Assembly: GCF_001194135.2 (NCBI RefSeq)
Contig: NC_069004.1
Coordinates: 23,058,824-23,122,823 of the forward strand
From: Octopus bimaculoides
Taxonomy: Eukaryota
Direction: 5' to 3'
Length of the DNA: 64,000 bases
Each line of letters opens with the position of its first letter. Position 1 is the stretch's first letter. Both the position numbers and the translations under genes were made by a program. Positions 14,444 to 28,722 of the stretch are shown piece after piece. Under the pieces are notes generated by a model. It saw only the letters and a list, made by a program, of their open reading frames with translations, made no database searches and had not been told where the DNA came from.

Positions 14444-16163
14444 ATGCATATGAATATACACACAACTTAAATTCTTTTNNNNNNNNNNNNNNNNNNNNNN
14501 NNNNNNNNNNNNNNNNNNNNNNNNNNNNNNNNNNNNNNNNNNNNNNNNNNNNNNNNNNNNNNNNNNNNNNNNNNNNNNNNNNNNNNNNNNNNNNNNNNNN
14601 NNNNNNNNNNNNNNNNNNNNNNNNNNNNNNNNNNNNNNNNNNNNNNNNNNNNNNNNNNNNNNNNNNNNNNNNNNNNNNNNNNNNNNNNNNNNNNNNNNNN
14701 NNNNNNNNNNNNNNNNNNNNNNNNNNNNNNNNNNNNNNNNNNNNNNNNNNNNNNNNNNNNNNNNNNNNNNNNNNNNNNNNNNNNNNNNNNNNNNNNNNNN
14801 NNNNNNNNNNNNNNNNNNNNNNNNNNNNNNNNNNNNNNNNNNNNNNNNNNNNNNNNNNNNNNNNNNNNNNNNNNNNNNNNNNNNNNNNNNNNNNNNNNNN
14901 NNNNNNNNNNNNNNNNNNNNNNNNNNNNNNNNNNNNNNNNNNNNNNNNNNNNNNNNNNNNNNNNNNNNNNNNNNNNNNNNNNNNNNNNNNNNNNNNNNNN
15001 NNNNNNNNNNNNNNNNNNNNNNNNNNNNNNNNNNNNNNNNNNNNNNNNNNNNNNNNNNNNNNNNNNNNNNNNNNNNNNNNNNNNNNNNNNNNNNNNNNNN
15101 NNNNNNNNNNNNNNNNNNNNNNNNNNNNNNNNNNNNNNNNNNNNNNNNNNNNNNNNNNNNNNNNNNNNNNNNNNNNNNNNNNNNNNNNNNNNNNNNNNNN
15201 NNNNNNNNNNNNNNNNNNNNNNNNNNNNNNNNNNNNNNNNNNNNNNNNNNNNNNNNNNNNNNNNNNNNNNNNNNNNNNNNNNNNNNNNNNNNNNNNNNNN
15301 NNNNNNNNNNNNNNNNNNNNNNNNNNNNNNNNNNNNNNNNNNNNNNNNNNNNNNGTGGCACATAAAATACACCATTTCAAGCGTGGCCGTTGCCAGTACC
15401 GCCTGACTGGCCTTCGTGCCGGTGGCATGTAAAAGCACCCACTACACTGAGTGGTTGGCGTTAGGAAGGGCATCCAGCTGTAGAAACTCTGCCAAATCAG
15501 ATTGGAGCCTGGTGTAGCCATCTGGTTTCACCAGTCCTCAGTCAAATCGTCCACCCATGCTAGCATGGAAAGCGGACGTTAAACGATGATGATGATTATT
15601 ATTATTAAGGTGGCAAGTTGGCAGAAATTGTTAGCTCACTGGTCAAAATACCTAGCAGCAATTCTTCTTGGTTTTTATGTTCAGAGTTCAAATCCTGTCA
15701 TGGTTAATTTTATTTTTAAACTAAATGCTGTCCAGTATTAGGGCCAATGAAATTGACTACCAACCCTTCCCCTAAAAATTTCTTGTTTTGTACCAAAATT
15801 TCAAAGAATTATATTATTACTAGAATGCTACCCATCATGTCATGGGGAACTGTTAAAGTGTACTTTTGTTACCATGGTTAATTTGGTAAAAATTAAATTA
15901 TATTATTGTATGTATGCTATATTTCCTGATATTACCACCCAAAGTGGTAAATGTATACTTCTGAAGATAACTTTTATATAATGGATAACACTTGTGCATT
16001 AATATTGTAATAAACTGTCTGCTATAAATTCTAAAGTTAGTCAGTACCCTTGTGATTAATGTGAAAAAAAGTTACTTTACTAACTTGAAAAGCATTTAAG
16101 GAAAGTATTCATTACAATTGTAATAAATATCTTATATTGTGATTATTGTATTAATTATTGCAG

Positions 16164-16260
16164 ATCTTTTTTCAGCTACAGCCAACTCTGTTTCTGTGAT
16201 TCATTCTTTCCTTACGTTGTGTGTTGTGTTCTTTTACTTATTGCCTGCCACCAAGCCTAG
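16164..16260 (+). CDS. Probable terminal coding exon of gene P with hydrophobic C-terminus
   Basis: Acceptor attattgcag| (or in-frame ttttttcag| at 16175). In phase 2 it reads KSFFSYSQLCFCDSFFPYVVCCVLLLIACHQA with stop TAG at 16258-16260. ATTAAA/AATAAA occur at about 16523-16570. Confidence 0.45.
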
Positions 16261-17057
16261 TATGTACACTCATCCTACACTATTGTTAGCTCTTTGTCTC
16301 TCTTTTACACTCCTTTTATGCAATGGAAAGCATAGCTGGAGAATTCAGCCAGCGAACCAACAATTTAGAACAGTGATTATTAAACAGAGGTACATATACA
16401 TACATGCATATATATATATATATATATATATATGGTTCTTTCTGATTAACATCTTGTCAGCTAAGGCCACATGTATTTCATCTTCCTTCTCATTGTATAA
16501 TGTTTACTCAATAAGAATGCTGATTAAAATGTACATGTGTATTATGGTATTAATAATAATAATAATAAAATATTACTTCTTCCTGTAAGTCAACTCTGTG
16601 CAGACTAATATTCATTTGTACAGGGTCTGAACACAGCTTCATTTTTGCACACCTGTTATGCCTGCTCCCCCTCCCCCACCACAATTTTAATTTAAACATG
16701 CATGACCTGTTTCCCCTGGCAGCTCATATACTTCTGTGCTGTGGATAGAGGTACATATTTTGCTTAATTTTTTTATTTGTATCATGTACCTATAAGCAGA
16801 CATCTGTACGAGTGCTGTATACACCTGAGGGTACCACAGATATAGATTACATGGAAAAATGCAAGCAAGAGAAATAATGTACTTAAAATTATAAACCTGG
16901 AAAAGTACAGAACAAATTATTACATCTAGTAACATACAGAACAAAATTTTTACTTAAAATATTGCATCTAAGGATAAAATTTAAAATAAAATATTCAGAT
17001 TTTGAAAATATTAACTTTTATTAAAACTAACAATTTTATGACAAGTTATTACTTCTA

Positions 17058-17608
17058 CGAAGGTGAGTCAAAAAGTAATGCCATTTTGTTTAGCACAGGT
17101 ATAATTACCAACACAGGAACATGTATCGTACATCAAAATGAAGCTGGTCCTCTGGATCACATCCCTACTTCTCATCATAGTCATCCTTTCTCTCAATAGC
17201 AATGTTCCACCTTCGGATGAGAGCATGTATCCCTGTCCCGTAAAATTCTGTTGATTGTTCTTTGAGCCACTTCACTACAGTTTTCACTTCCTCGTCACTG
17301 GAATAATGTTTGCCTCTCAAACCCTCTTTCATGGGGCCGAAGAGATGATAGTCAGAAGGCACCAAATCTGGTAAGTGCGGAGGTAGTGGAAAAGTGGCTC
17401 AAAGAACAGTCAACAGGGTTTTATGGGGCAGAGATACATGCTCTCATTCAAAGGTGGAACATTGCTATTGAGAGAAACGGTGACCATGTTGAGAAGTAGG
17501 GATGTGATCCACAGAGGCCCAGCTTCATTTTGATGTATGATACATATCCTTGTGTTGGTAATTATAGCTGTTCTAAACGAAATGGCATTACTTTTTGTCT
17601 CCCCCTTG
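17058..17608. mobile_element. Palindromic mariner-derived MITE made of two transposase 3' ends
   Basis: About 220-bp inverted arms with a TA duplication. The minus strand encodes PSDYHLFGPMKEGLRGKHYSSDEEVK...RWNIAIER; the plus arm encodes the same C-terminus. Confidence 0.85.
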
Positions 17609-17619
17609 TATTTGTTACT

Positions 17620-20600
17620 TCTCAGGATCCTCACTGGCAAGGCACATAGGTATAAAATCTTCTGGGAAGGTAACAGTGATGGAATAGGGGGTGTAGGCTT
17701 ACTCCTTGCAGAGAAATGGGTGTATAAGGTCATAGAGGTTGTCAGGGTATGCGATAGAGTGCTTAAGCTCAGGCTAGTCTTGCAGAATAGTATAGCTACA
17801 ATTATCTCTGCCTATGCCCCACAAATGGGCTTACCAAATGATCAGAAGGACCACTTTTATGATATCCTTCCACAGGCTACCTGAAAAACTAATGGCAACG
17901 ACCTCATCTTTGTGGCTGGAGATTTTAATGGGCATGTTGGATGGTAATCTGGTCTCTTCCATAGTATTCATAGGGGCCATGGAATCGGTTCCCGAAATAA
18001 AGAGAGAACTAGGATACTGGAGTTCTGTGGTGCAAGCAACATGTTAATTTGCAACACCAATTTCAGGAAGCCAGCCAGCCACCTGATAGCCTATCAGTCA
18101 GGTGACTCTGCTAGCCAGATTGATTTCATCCTCACCAGACAGTGGGATGCATGGTTGCTCTTAAATACAAAGGCTCTCTCTGGTGAAGAAATAACCCCAC
18201 AGCATAGACTTTAGAGACTAGGCTCGAAGCCAGAAGGATGTCAAGAAGCAGACCAATCCAGAAAAGATTTGGAAGCTTAAAAACCCTTCACATGGTTGGA
18301 GTTTTAGGGACATCCTCATTGAGAAATTTGAGAGAGAGGAGGAGCTACAGACTTGTAACATAGAAGGTAACTGGAAATTCCTATGTGACAGCTTACTAGC
18401 GCCACAAACCAAATCTGTGGCTGGTGCAAAGTCCCTTCCAGACCTAGGGTAACCTGGAAGAGTGGGGATAGCAGAGAACTGTACCAGATAGCCAGAAGGA
18501 AGGATGGGAAAAGCAGAAAAGAAGTTTGCCAATGTTTAGCAATGTGAGGACCAAAGAACTGAAGTATTTCGAATTGCAAGACTATGTGAGAGAAAATTGT
18601 GATGTTACAGGAGAAAAATGTGTCTGCATGGATTATGGTGCACTTGCTTTTAATGATTCTGCAAAAAAAAGAGGCTTGGAGATACCATTATGAAAGGCTG
18701 CTTGAATGTGGAAAATGAATGGGAGGAGGAGAGCCTGTCACATGTTGACCTAGTTGAGGGACCAGCTACCTGAATTGATAGCACCCTAGTAGATAAAGCA
18801 ATTAAGGATGTGAAGTCAGGAAAATCCCCCGGCCCATCAGGAATCACTGCTGAGATGCTTAAAATATCTGGTGGTGTGGGATATGGTCTAGTCACCTGCG
18901 TTGTAAATCAGGTAGTCTACGAAGGAGTCATACGCAATGACTGGTGTAGCAGCACCATAGTCAATTGCTACAAAGGTAAAGGTGATGCTTTAGATAGAAA
19001 TAACTACAGGGGTATCAAACTGCTGGATCAGGTGAAGGTCACAGAGAGGTTCAGCCTAGATGAGATGCAGTTTGGTTTTGTGCCAGGTAGGAGCACCATT
19101 GATGCTATATTTCTAGTAAGGCACCTGCAGGAGAAATACCTAGTCAAAAAATAAACCCCTATACTTGGCTTTTGTTGACATGGAGAAAGTCTTTGACAGG
19201 GTCCCCCGATCCCTTATCTGGTGGATGATGTGGAAACTAGGGATAGACGAGTGGTTAGTAAGAGCTGTACAGGGATGCTGTTAGTAAGGTAAGGGTTGGC
19301 AATGAGTATAGTGAAGAATTCTGGGTAGTAGGGGTTCACCAAGGATCAGTCTTCACCCCCCCCCCTCATTCATCATAGTCCTCCAGGCAATAATAGAGGA
19401 ATTCAAGACAGGCTACCCCTTGGGAGCTCCTCTATGCTGATGACCTTGCTCTCATAGTGGAATCGCCACCAGAACTAGAGAAGAAATTTGAGGTGTGGAA
19501 GCAAGATTTAGAATTGAAGGACCTTAGAGTCAATGTTGCAAAAATCAAAGACTTAGTAAGTAGGAAGGTGAACAAATTACAAACCCCTTCAGGTAGATGG
19601 CCCTTCTTGATCTGCAGAAAAGGTGTAGGTAGAAACTCCATAAGATGTACCCAGTATAAGCTATGAATGCCTAAGAGGTGTAGCAACATCAATTAAGGTT
19701 AATCGGGATGATAGTTTCTGTGTGCGGCAGATGCACAGAGGCAATAAACACTGAAGATGTTCAGAAAACAGATTCCATCACATACCAGGAGGAGAAACTA
19801 GTAGTTGATAGCTTTCACTACCTAGGTGACAAAGTCTGTAGTGGGGGGTGGAATCTCAGAGAGCGTTGCCACTAGAATAAGAATAGCCTGGGCAAAGTTA
19901 AGAAAGCTCCTGCCTCTGCTGGTGACAAAGGGTCTCTCGCTCAGAGTGAAAGGAAGATTGTATGATGCATGTGTGCGAACTGCCATGGTACACAGCAGTG
20001 AAACATGGGCCATGACTGTTGAGGACATATGTAGGCTTGAAAGAAAAGAAGCTAGTATGATCTTCTGGATCACACTAGTATGAATGTCAGTGTGTGCACA
20101 CAACAGTGTGAGCGCCCTGAGAGAAACGGACATCAGAAGCATCAGATGTGGTGTGCAAGAGAGACAACTGTTCTGGTATGGTCATGTGCTGTGTATGGAT
20201 GAGGAGAGCTGTGTGAAGAAATATCACTCTAACAGTGGAAGAGGGAGACCCAGGAAGACATGGGATGAGGTGGTGAAGCATGACCTTCAAACATTGGGCC
20301 TCACAGAGGCAATGACAAGAGACCAAGACCTCTCTGTATATATGCTGTGATTGAGAAGACCCAGCAAGTGAGATCACAGCCGTAGCCTATAGCAGTGTTG
20401 CCTAACCAGCCCATTTAAAAAGTACCGTCGAATCATCGGGCAACACACCATGCTTGAGGACACCTATTGAGTCAAGTAAAATCAAATCAAAATGGAAATT
20501 GTAGTTGTTGCCGATGCCAGTGACGCCTGACTGGCTCCCTTGCTGGTGGCACACAATAAGCACCATTCATGCATGGATCGATGCCAGTCCCGCCTGACTG

Positions 20601-20760
20601 GCTCCTCGTACCGGTAGCAAGTACAAGCACCACCTGAACGTGGCCGATGCCAGTGGCACGTAAAAATCACCCACTACACTCAGAGTGATTGGCATTAGGA
20701 AGGGCATCCAGCTGTAGAAATCTTGCCAGATCAGATTGGAGCCTGGTGTAGCCTCCTGGT
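17620..20760 (+). mobile_element. RTE-clade LINE, decayed ORF2 (AP endonuclease + RT) with 3'UTR
   Basis: Translated fragments GVGLLLAEKW, SAYAPQ, AGDFNGHVG, IDFIL, KSPGPSGIT, QFGFVPGRST, LLYADDL and GRGRPRKTW, with multiple stops and frameshifts. Confidence 0.9.
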
Positions 20761-21709
20761 TTGCCAGTCCCTAATGAAATTTTATTCTTAGCTGCATATA
20801 TTAATTAAAAATTTTCTTGTTCTGTACTTGATCAGATGTAATAACCTGTCCTGAACTTTTCCAAGTGTAATAACTTGTCTTGTACTTTTCCAGGTTTATA
20901 ATCTTAAGAATATTATTTCTCTTGCTCACATTTTTCCATGTAATCCATGTTTTTTCCAGGCTATGCTATTATTAATAATGTGTCGATAATTTAAGATTTT
21001 ACCTTATTGAAAATTGAATAATAAATTTCTAAATAATATTTTTAAAATTAGTATTGTTGATAATCTTTTTCTTACCTCAATGATGCCAGGGACATATATT
21101 AAAAGTCCCCTTATAGAACTATATTCATAAAAAAGTATAGAACTATATTATCACCCTCAAATTTGAGAAACAAGCACTCATAACTTTTTTCTTTTAAAAC
21201 TTCATTGCATAAGATTGATACCATGAAATTCCTCGAATTGAGCTCTGTCATTTAAGCTTAATTAAAATATAATTTGTTTTTAAAATAAAGAAGTTAATTA
21301 TACTTAAATCCAAATTTTTGCCTTACTTATATTTTTTTTCATGATATTTTGCCTCACAACTTTTTTGATACACATTTTTGTTGCATGGGATCAAAACTAT
21401 GAAATTCTTCATGCTTTCTTCTATCATTAAAGCTAAGGTAAATATATTTTACTTCTAAAATAAAGTTATTTAGATTTGAACTTGATTGGAGGTGTTACTT
21501 ACTCTCCTATAACGTTGCTACAAATTTTGATGTCAACTTTTTTCTACTGGACCAGTTCTCGATTTCTTTATGTCAAAATGTAGCTAGGGACCAGTCCTTT
21601 TAAAAAAATGTTAAGGTGTCAATTTGGTTAAGAACCTAATTAGCGACAAAGTCTGAAAGATGCTGTGTGCGAGTAAATTGCAGCCTTAACAATATCATTC
21701 AACTACTTC

Positions 21710-24000
21710 CTCGTCAACATACATGCCCAAATCTCATACTCTCTTCATCCCTTCCTTGTTGGTTCTTGCTCTGATGTTGTATGAGATTAAGGAAATCCTA
21801 ATTCATTTGAAAGCTCTATGCTAGCTGGCAAATGTTTGCTCAGATCTTCTTTCCAAGTGATGACAAAAGCTCTACAACAACTGCCTTCCCAAGTATGCAA
21901 TTTTAGGGTCACTGCCATCAACATAGGCACAATGAAAGGAGAGTTAAGATTATTGAAATGCTGGAGTGGCACCATGTTGGTGTGTGTGGTTTGTAAGAAA
22001 TAAGGTGGAGGAAGCCTCTGCTAGATTCCTCATCAGTAAGAAACAGAGGTTCAGATTCTTCTAGGTAGATGTGTGTGATGGAGTGGGTGGTGTAGAGATA
22101 GTGTTAGCAGAAAAGCAGATAGGTAAGGTAATTGAGGTAATCAGAATATGTAATAGGGTAATTAAGCTGAAACTTATGATAGATAAATTAACAGTTACAT
22201 TCTCTGCTTATTATGCTCCTTGGTCTGACTAATGAGCAGAAGGATCAATTCTCCAAGGTGCTTTTGCAAACTAACTCATTGACAAATGACAGACTTTGTT
22301 GTTATGGCTGGTGACTGCAATGGACACGTTGGACAGCATCCCCATGGATTCCATGGAGTGCATGGTGGTTATGGGTTTGGCCTTAGGAATGAGGAAGGAA
22401 CAAGACTGCTGGAGTTCTGAGATGCAGATAATCTCATGATCTGCAATGCTAACATTTTGGCCATCTTGATCTTCTTAGTTCAGATTCTGCTGAGCTTAAC
22501 TTTGCCTTTCATACTTTTTTCAGTGTTGATAAAAAATACTTGTTGAGTACTGGAGTTGACGTAATTGAGTAACACCCCCACCAAAAAAAAAATCTGGTCT
22601 TGTGCCTATAGTAGGAAGTATTATTATTACTTTTATTAAGCATTCTCTGATCCATTACAACCTGAATTCAAATCTTGCTGGAATCAACTTTGTTTTCATT
22701 CCGAAATCTAAAGAATACCTTAAGTACAGAACTCAATGGTATTTACTAACTACTAGCCTTCAAAATTATTGACTTTGTGCCTATGGCCCTGCTCAGTATG
22801 TAGAAAAGGAGTAGGTAGTAGCTCTATAAGATGTACCCGGTGCAAGCTATGGACACATAAGAGGTGCAGCAACATCAAAGGCAGGTTAACTAGCAAGTTA
22901 GTTTTTGTTTGTGGCAGATGTTCAGGTGCAATAAAGACTGCAAACAAACAGGAAACAACTTCTATCTCATTCCAGGGTGAAAAACTAGAGGTAGTCGATA
23001 GCTTCCGCTATCTGGGCGACCAAGTTAGTAGTGGGGGTGGGTGCGCTGAAAGTGTAGCTGCTAGAATAAGAATAGCCTGGGCAAAGTTTAGAGAGCTCTT
23101 ACCCCTGCTGGNNNNNNNNNNNNNNNNNNNNNNNNNNNNNNNNNNNNNNNNNNNNNNNNNNNNNNNNNNNNNNNNNNNNNNNNNNNNNNNNNNNNNNNNN
23201 NNNNNNNNNNNNNNNNNNNNNNNNNNNNNNNNNNNNNNNNNNNNNNNNNNNNNNNNNNNNNNNNNNNNNNNNNNNNNNNNNNNNNNNNNNNNNNNNNNNN
23301 NNNNNNNNNNNNNNNNNNNNNNNNNNNNNNNNNNNNNNNNNNNNNNNNNNNNNNNNNNNNNNNNNNNNNNNNNNNNNNNNNNNNNNNNNNNNNNNNNNNN
23401 NNNNNNNNNNNNNNNNNNNNNNNNNNNNNNNNNNNNNNNNNNNNNNNNNNNNNNNNNNNNNNNNNNNNNNNNNNNNNNNNNNNNNNNNNNNNNNNNNNNN
23501 NNNNNNNNNNNNNNNNNNNNNNNNNNNNNNNNNNNNNNNNNNNNNNNNNNNNNNNNNNNNNNNNNNNNNNNNNNNNNNNNNNNNNNNNNNNNNNNNNNNN
23601 NNNNNNNNNNNNNNNNNNNNNNNNNNNNNNNNNNNNNNNNNNNNNNNNNNNNNNNNNNNNNNNNNNNNNNNNNNNNNNNNNNNNNNNNNNNNNNNNNNNN
23701 NNNNNNNNNNNNNNNNNNNNNNNNNNNNNNNNNNNNNNNNNNNNNNNNNNNNNNNNNNNNNNNNNNNNNNGTGCGGGTGGCACATAAAAGACACCATTTC
23801 GAGCGTGGCTGTTTTCATGCGGGTGACACGTAAAAGCACCCACTACACTCTTGAGTGGTTGGCATTAGGAAGGGCATCCAGCTGTAGAAACTCTGCCAAA
23901 TTAGATTGGAGCCTGGTGTTGCCATCCGGTTTCACCAGTCCTCAGTCAAATCGTCCAACCCATGCTAGCATGGAAAGCGGACGTTAAACGATGATGATGA
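21710..24000 (+). mobile_element. Fragmented RTE LINE (endonuclease part at about 21710-22450; RT C-terminal/zinc-finger part and 3'UTR at 22750-24000)
   Basis: AINIGTMKG and AGDCNGHVG; CSVCRKGVGSSSIRCTRCKLWTHKRC and FRYLGDQVSSGGGC; (GAT)n tail at 23990. Confidence 0.8.
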
Positions 24001-24199
24001 TTATTATACTTCCGCTTGGATGGCTAGACAAGTATCTTTGTTATTAAAACTACTATTTTCATTGATATTGTTTAAAAGGGTGCATAAGACAATAGTCTTT
24101 GTTCCTGAAAAAAAAGAAATAATATTTGGACTTTGTGCCCAAATATTAGTATTTGCAAAATGTTTACATGATCACAATCAAAAAATGGCATGGAAGGGC

Positions 24200-25900
24200 G
24201 TAACTTTCTTATGCAAACAAACCAGTTTTTGACTGCAGGAAAAGTCACAGAAATGTAATTTTCGCTGACACAAGAAACAATTTCAAGGGCAAAATTGCTA
24301 ACGAATCCAAAAGCACCACAGACTCTATGGACAGCAATAAAATTGACTGCCAGAAAACAAAGAAGTAATACGATAGAGAAAAGCGACACAATCACTCAAT
24401 AGTCAAATAGACAACAAAAATGTAACTGCCAACTCTCCAAACAGAAATCATGTGAAAAATACCATGGTAACTGACAACACAGAAAATAGCAACTGCAACA
24501 ACATGGAGCAGAGAAGTATAACAGAAAACAATAACAACCACAAAAATATTGATGAGAACACAACCAATACCAATGTCAACAGAAAGGCAGGAGTATTTGG
24601 ACGTAACAATAGCAGTAACAACGTGAACGATTCCACCACCACCATCAACAGTGAGAGAGGCCAGTCTCACTCAGAAATAGGCCAAGAAGAAGCTGTCCCT
24701 AAAAGGTCAGGTAGAGGTGGTGAATGTGTGCATCACATCTGTCATATACTACTACCTGACTCGTTCCTGAACAGACTGGTGCACTTGCTCTTTTGCTTCC
24801 TGTGGAAGGGACAGGTACCACTTGTCAGAGGGTCCATTTGCTGCCAGCACCCACTGCGTGGAGGACTTGGCATGTTGTGGCTGATGATGCACAGACATGT
24901 GCTGAGGCTGCGGCATCTCTAGCAGTACCTTAATGGTGAGTAGGTGTGGTCACCATTTGTTGGACATGCTCTACCACAGCCCGTTTCCTTGATGGAGTTA
25001 CAGTAGTGGAGGGCAAGAATGACGATGTTCTCAGAGAGGTTCTGGGTGTTGGGAAAGATCAACTGGTTGGTCTCTTCCAGAAGACTTTTGGGCTGGAGAC
25101 TATTGATAACTTCCAGAAATCCCTGGCCTAACAGTGCTACCAGAGGATGAACTCTGCCAGTTTGTGATAAGCTCTACAGATACGGGTGTGCAGTCAGATG
25201 GGCTTGTCCAAAATGCATGCAGAGCAATGAAACCGTTCTGCATGCTCTCGTACAGTGTCCGCGCATTGCTGACTCGTGGAGCTTCGTCAAACAGTTATTG
25301 TCACATGTAGGATGGATCTGGCTATCATCCGAGTCCATCATGAAGATCGCCCCTTCTTTTGGCCAGGAAGGACAGGCAGTTTTTCTCTGTCTGGTGGTTA
25401 TGGTAAAAGAGGTTGTGTGGTGGACGCAATTGAAAGGGTTGAAGACAAGTACCTTCCTCTTTGGCCAAGGCCTCATTGACTTCCACCTGAAAAGGAAAGT
25501 GAGGCTGGTGAGGGAAGTGTTGCCACCCAGTAAGTTTGTTGAAAGGTGGGTGAATGTGGCAAAAATAACCCATGTGAATGGGCCTACTGTAAGTGTGTGT
25601 CTGTAGACCAGATGGAATGAGGAGGAGAGGGGTGCCTACTTGAGGTACCTTTGGTGTTAGGGGGTCCAAAGTATGTGAGATTTCTTTGGTCACCTCTTGG
25701 AACTGCCCCCTATTGGGGAAGTATATTGTTGGTTTAAATTCTGTTGTGTTTTTTTGTTGTTTACACACTTAACCCTACTGTCCCTCATCTGTGTATCATC
25801 CTTTATGTTTTGTGTTCAGCCCTGGTGGCCAGTAAAGAAAGTATTATTGTTATTATTATATGTATTTCATATTTTTTGGAGCATATGGATCTTTTATATT
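24200..25900 (+). mobile_element. Tx1/L1-clade LINE, internally deleted
   Basis: An Asn-rich segment is joined to the ORF2 C-terminal motifs FLWKGQVPLVR...PLRGGLG and the zinc-knuckle ETVLHALVQCP. Confidence 0.7.
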
Positions 25901-28666
25901 TTACCATGGTTCAAAGAAATAAGGGATAAGAATTTCAAATTTCAGAAAATTATTTAAGATTTGAAATGAAGCAAAATTTTTATTGAAAGCCAAAATTAAA
26001 ACCTGTGAAGTTATAAATATTAAAATCTAGGTGACTTTATTAAGTATTTCTATCTTTAAATCTGCTTGCTTGAATTTATATTTTTATATTTATATATATA
26101 CATAGCTTTGTAAAATAAATTGATATACTTGTTTTGGTATTAATTATTCTATTCCATTATTTAATTTGGTTTTGAAATACTGTTTGTGATAATGTTCAAC
26201 CCTAAGTTAAGTTTGATCCAGTAGACATGATCAAATGTGTTCTATTTATGACCATCATGTCTCTTTTCTCCCATTTTTAATTTTTGGTCAAAGAAATATA
26301 TTAAAACTTGCTTAGCCCTAGGTCATCCATGATCAAGCAAACTTTACACATGATGGTCATGTGTTAATGTCATACTTCAAACACTGTATCTAGGACCACA
26401 ATAGTCAATGTGGCATTCCCTTTTTTAAAATGATTGGATGTAATATGGGGGTGACTTGATTGAAAATTTCAGCAGGTTGAGGGTTTTTTTCTTTGACCTT
26501 TTTACTTACTGAGTCTGATGGAAGGGACAGAGCCCATGACTCTTGCAAGCTCTCCAAGACTGGTGAGATTGATGCCATTAATGCTCCATTTAAACCAGCC
26601 ATATCTGGCCCAAATCAGTGAAGGCATGTGGCTTAGTGGTTAAGGTATCCAGCTAATGATTGTTACATCGTGAGTTTGATTCACAATGGTACATTTTATA
26701 CTTGAGCAAGATACTTTATTTCACTTTGCTCCAGTCCACTCAGCTGGCAATTGTGTGTAGTACCTGTAATTAAAAGGACCAGCCTAGTCACACTGAATCT
26801 CCAAGAGCTATATTAAGGGTACATGTTCTCAACTATTTGCACGTTAATTACACGAACAGGTTGTTCTATTGATTGCATCTATTGGAACCCTCGTTGTTGT
26901 AACCGATGGAGTGCCAGGTTCAATCCGGGCCAAATATTCTGTTTTATGTTCAGATCAGCCAGATGTATCTTCTCATGCCTACCTTACACTTTCATTCTAA
27001 AAATAAACAATCACACCATCAAAATCTTGAAGCTACCAGATAATGCATGATTAATTCAAACCAATGTGAATAAATAAGTATTCATTTGTCATCCAGGACA
27101 TCAGAGTACACAGCAGCAGCACTATCCCTGATCGTTATCATCAACATTTGATGTCTGTTTTTCATGCTAGCATTGGTTGGACAGCTTGACAGAAACTGGC
27201 AAGGCCAGGGGCTGTACCAGGATTCCATTGTCTATTTTGGCGTAGTTTCTATAGCTGGATGTCCTTCCAAATGCCAACCACCCTTTAGAGTGTACTGGAT
27301 GCTTTATGTGGCACCTTGGTTTTGGGGTCTCAATTCCATTGTGATGGACAGGACTTTGCAATACTCTATTTGGACCATCAGCAGCTCTTGGGGACTGAAG
27401 TATTTTCTGGTCCTCAAGAGAAAGGCTAGTTTTGTAAAGCAATGTAGAGGATACGCTTGTATGCAAGGACAGCCATGGTTTTACTGTAAGAGAATGTTAT
27501 TTAAATAATGTCACATGAAGCAGCATTGAATGAAATATCATCATCATCATTTTTATTGTCCGCTTTTCTATGCTCGCATGAAGGGGATGAAATGTCATGC
27601 TGGTGGAATGTCTACAGCCTGATGCCCTTCCTGTTGCCAACCTTCACCTGTTTTCAAGATAATATTTCCACAAGACCAGACATGTTTTCACAGAAGATTG
27701 GAAACAAAGGATACATCATGTGATATTTAAACAAGAAGTCAGTGACACACACACACACACACATATATGATGGACTTCAATTAGTTTTTATCAACCAAAT
27801 TCAACAATAAGGCTTTGGTCAGCCTAGGGCTATAGTAAAAGACACTTGCTCAAGGCACCATAGTGGGGTTGAGTCCAAAACTGTGTGGTTGGGAAACAAA
27901 CTTATGACCACAGCCATGTGTGTGCCATAAATATATTTATATAAAGTCATATCCAATATGTTCAAATGCACTTGAATGTGAGAAGATCTACTGCAGCAGA
28001 GATAGTTCCAGAAGAAAAAACATCATTCATAGTCCATCTTGTTTCATGCGTGTCTAAGAGGAGAATTTTCCTTCCAGGGCTATCTCTGCATTGGAAGGTC
28101 TTGTCATGTCCAAATGCACTCAATCATTCTAATCCAGGTACAAGCTGAAAATAACTGTAGCATTAGCCTTGTACTATTTTACCAGTAACAAAATTGTAAT
28201 TATTGCTTCCACAGCTAAGATTTCATCTATTTTATGAGAGACTAGAAGTTGAGGTTTGGCTTTTTTGAATTAATGAAATTTTTACAATCTAAACTATCTT
28301 TGGTTATGCTGCTTTCACCAATTCCCATGACTGTCTGTCGCCATCCAATTCCATTATTATGAATTTGAATTGGGAGCTTGAATCATAGGGAATTTTTCAT
28401 TAGCTGAGTACACAGCCATGGACGCTGCCCCTATAGATGCATTTCAGTTACTCTCTTGACAGAGCTTGGTGATCCAGGCCATTGATCTTCTAGGATTCCT
28501 CCACTCAGCAGCAATGCAAGAAGCACTGTTGACTCAGTTGAACTTTTGTTAACCTCTTCACAATCCATCACATGCTGCAGACCCATGATATTTGGAAGCA
28601 GCCCATATCTAAACAAGAAGTGATATCTGTGGAAACAGTAGGAGACGGAATATATATTTTGCTTAC

Positions 28667-28722
28667 CTTTAAACTGTAATTTGGGTTGAAGTGGAAAATA
28701 CTGCTATTATATTCCATTTCAT
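28667..28722 (-). CDS. Third coding exon of gene A
   Basis: Acceptor gttttgtttctgttcattcttag| and donor AAG|gtaagc; phase 1 in matches exon 2; encodes DEMEYNSSIFHFNPNYSLK. The downstream continuation is unresolved. Confidence 0.6.

Noticed and set aside
16139-16588. 149-aa ORF as a stand-alone membrane protein
   Set aside because: It starts in intron-like sequence and runs into an (AT)n tract; the splice phase from 11545 selects a different frame.
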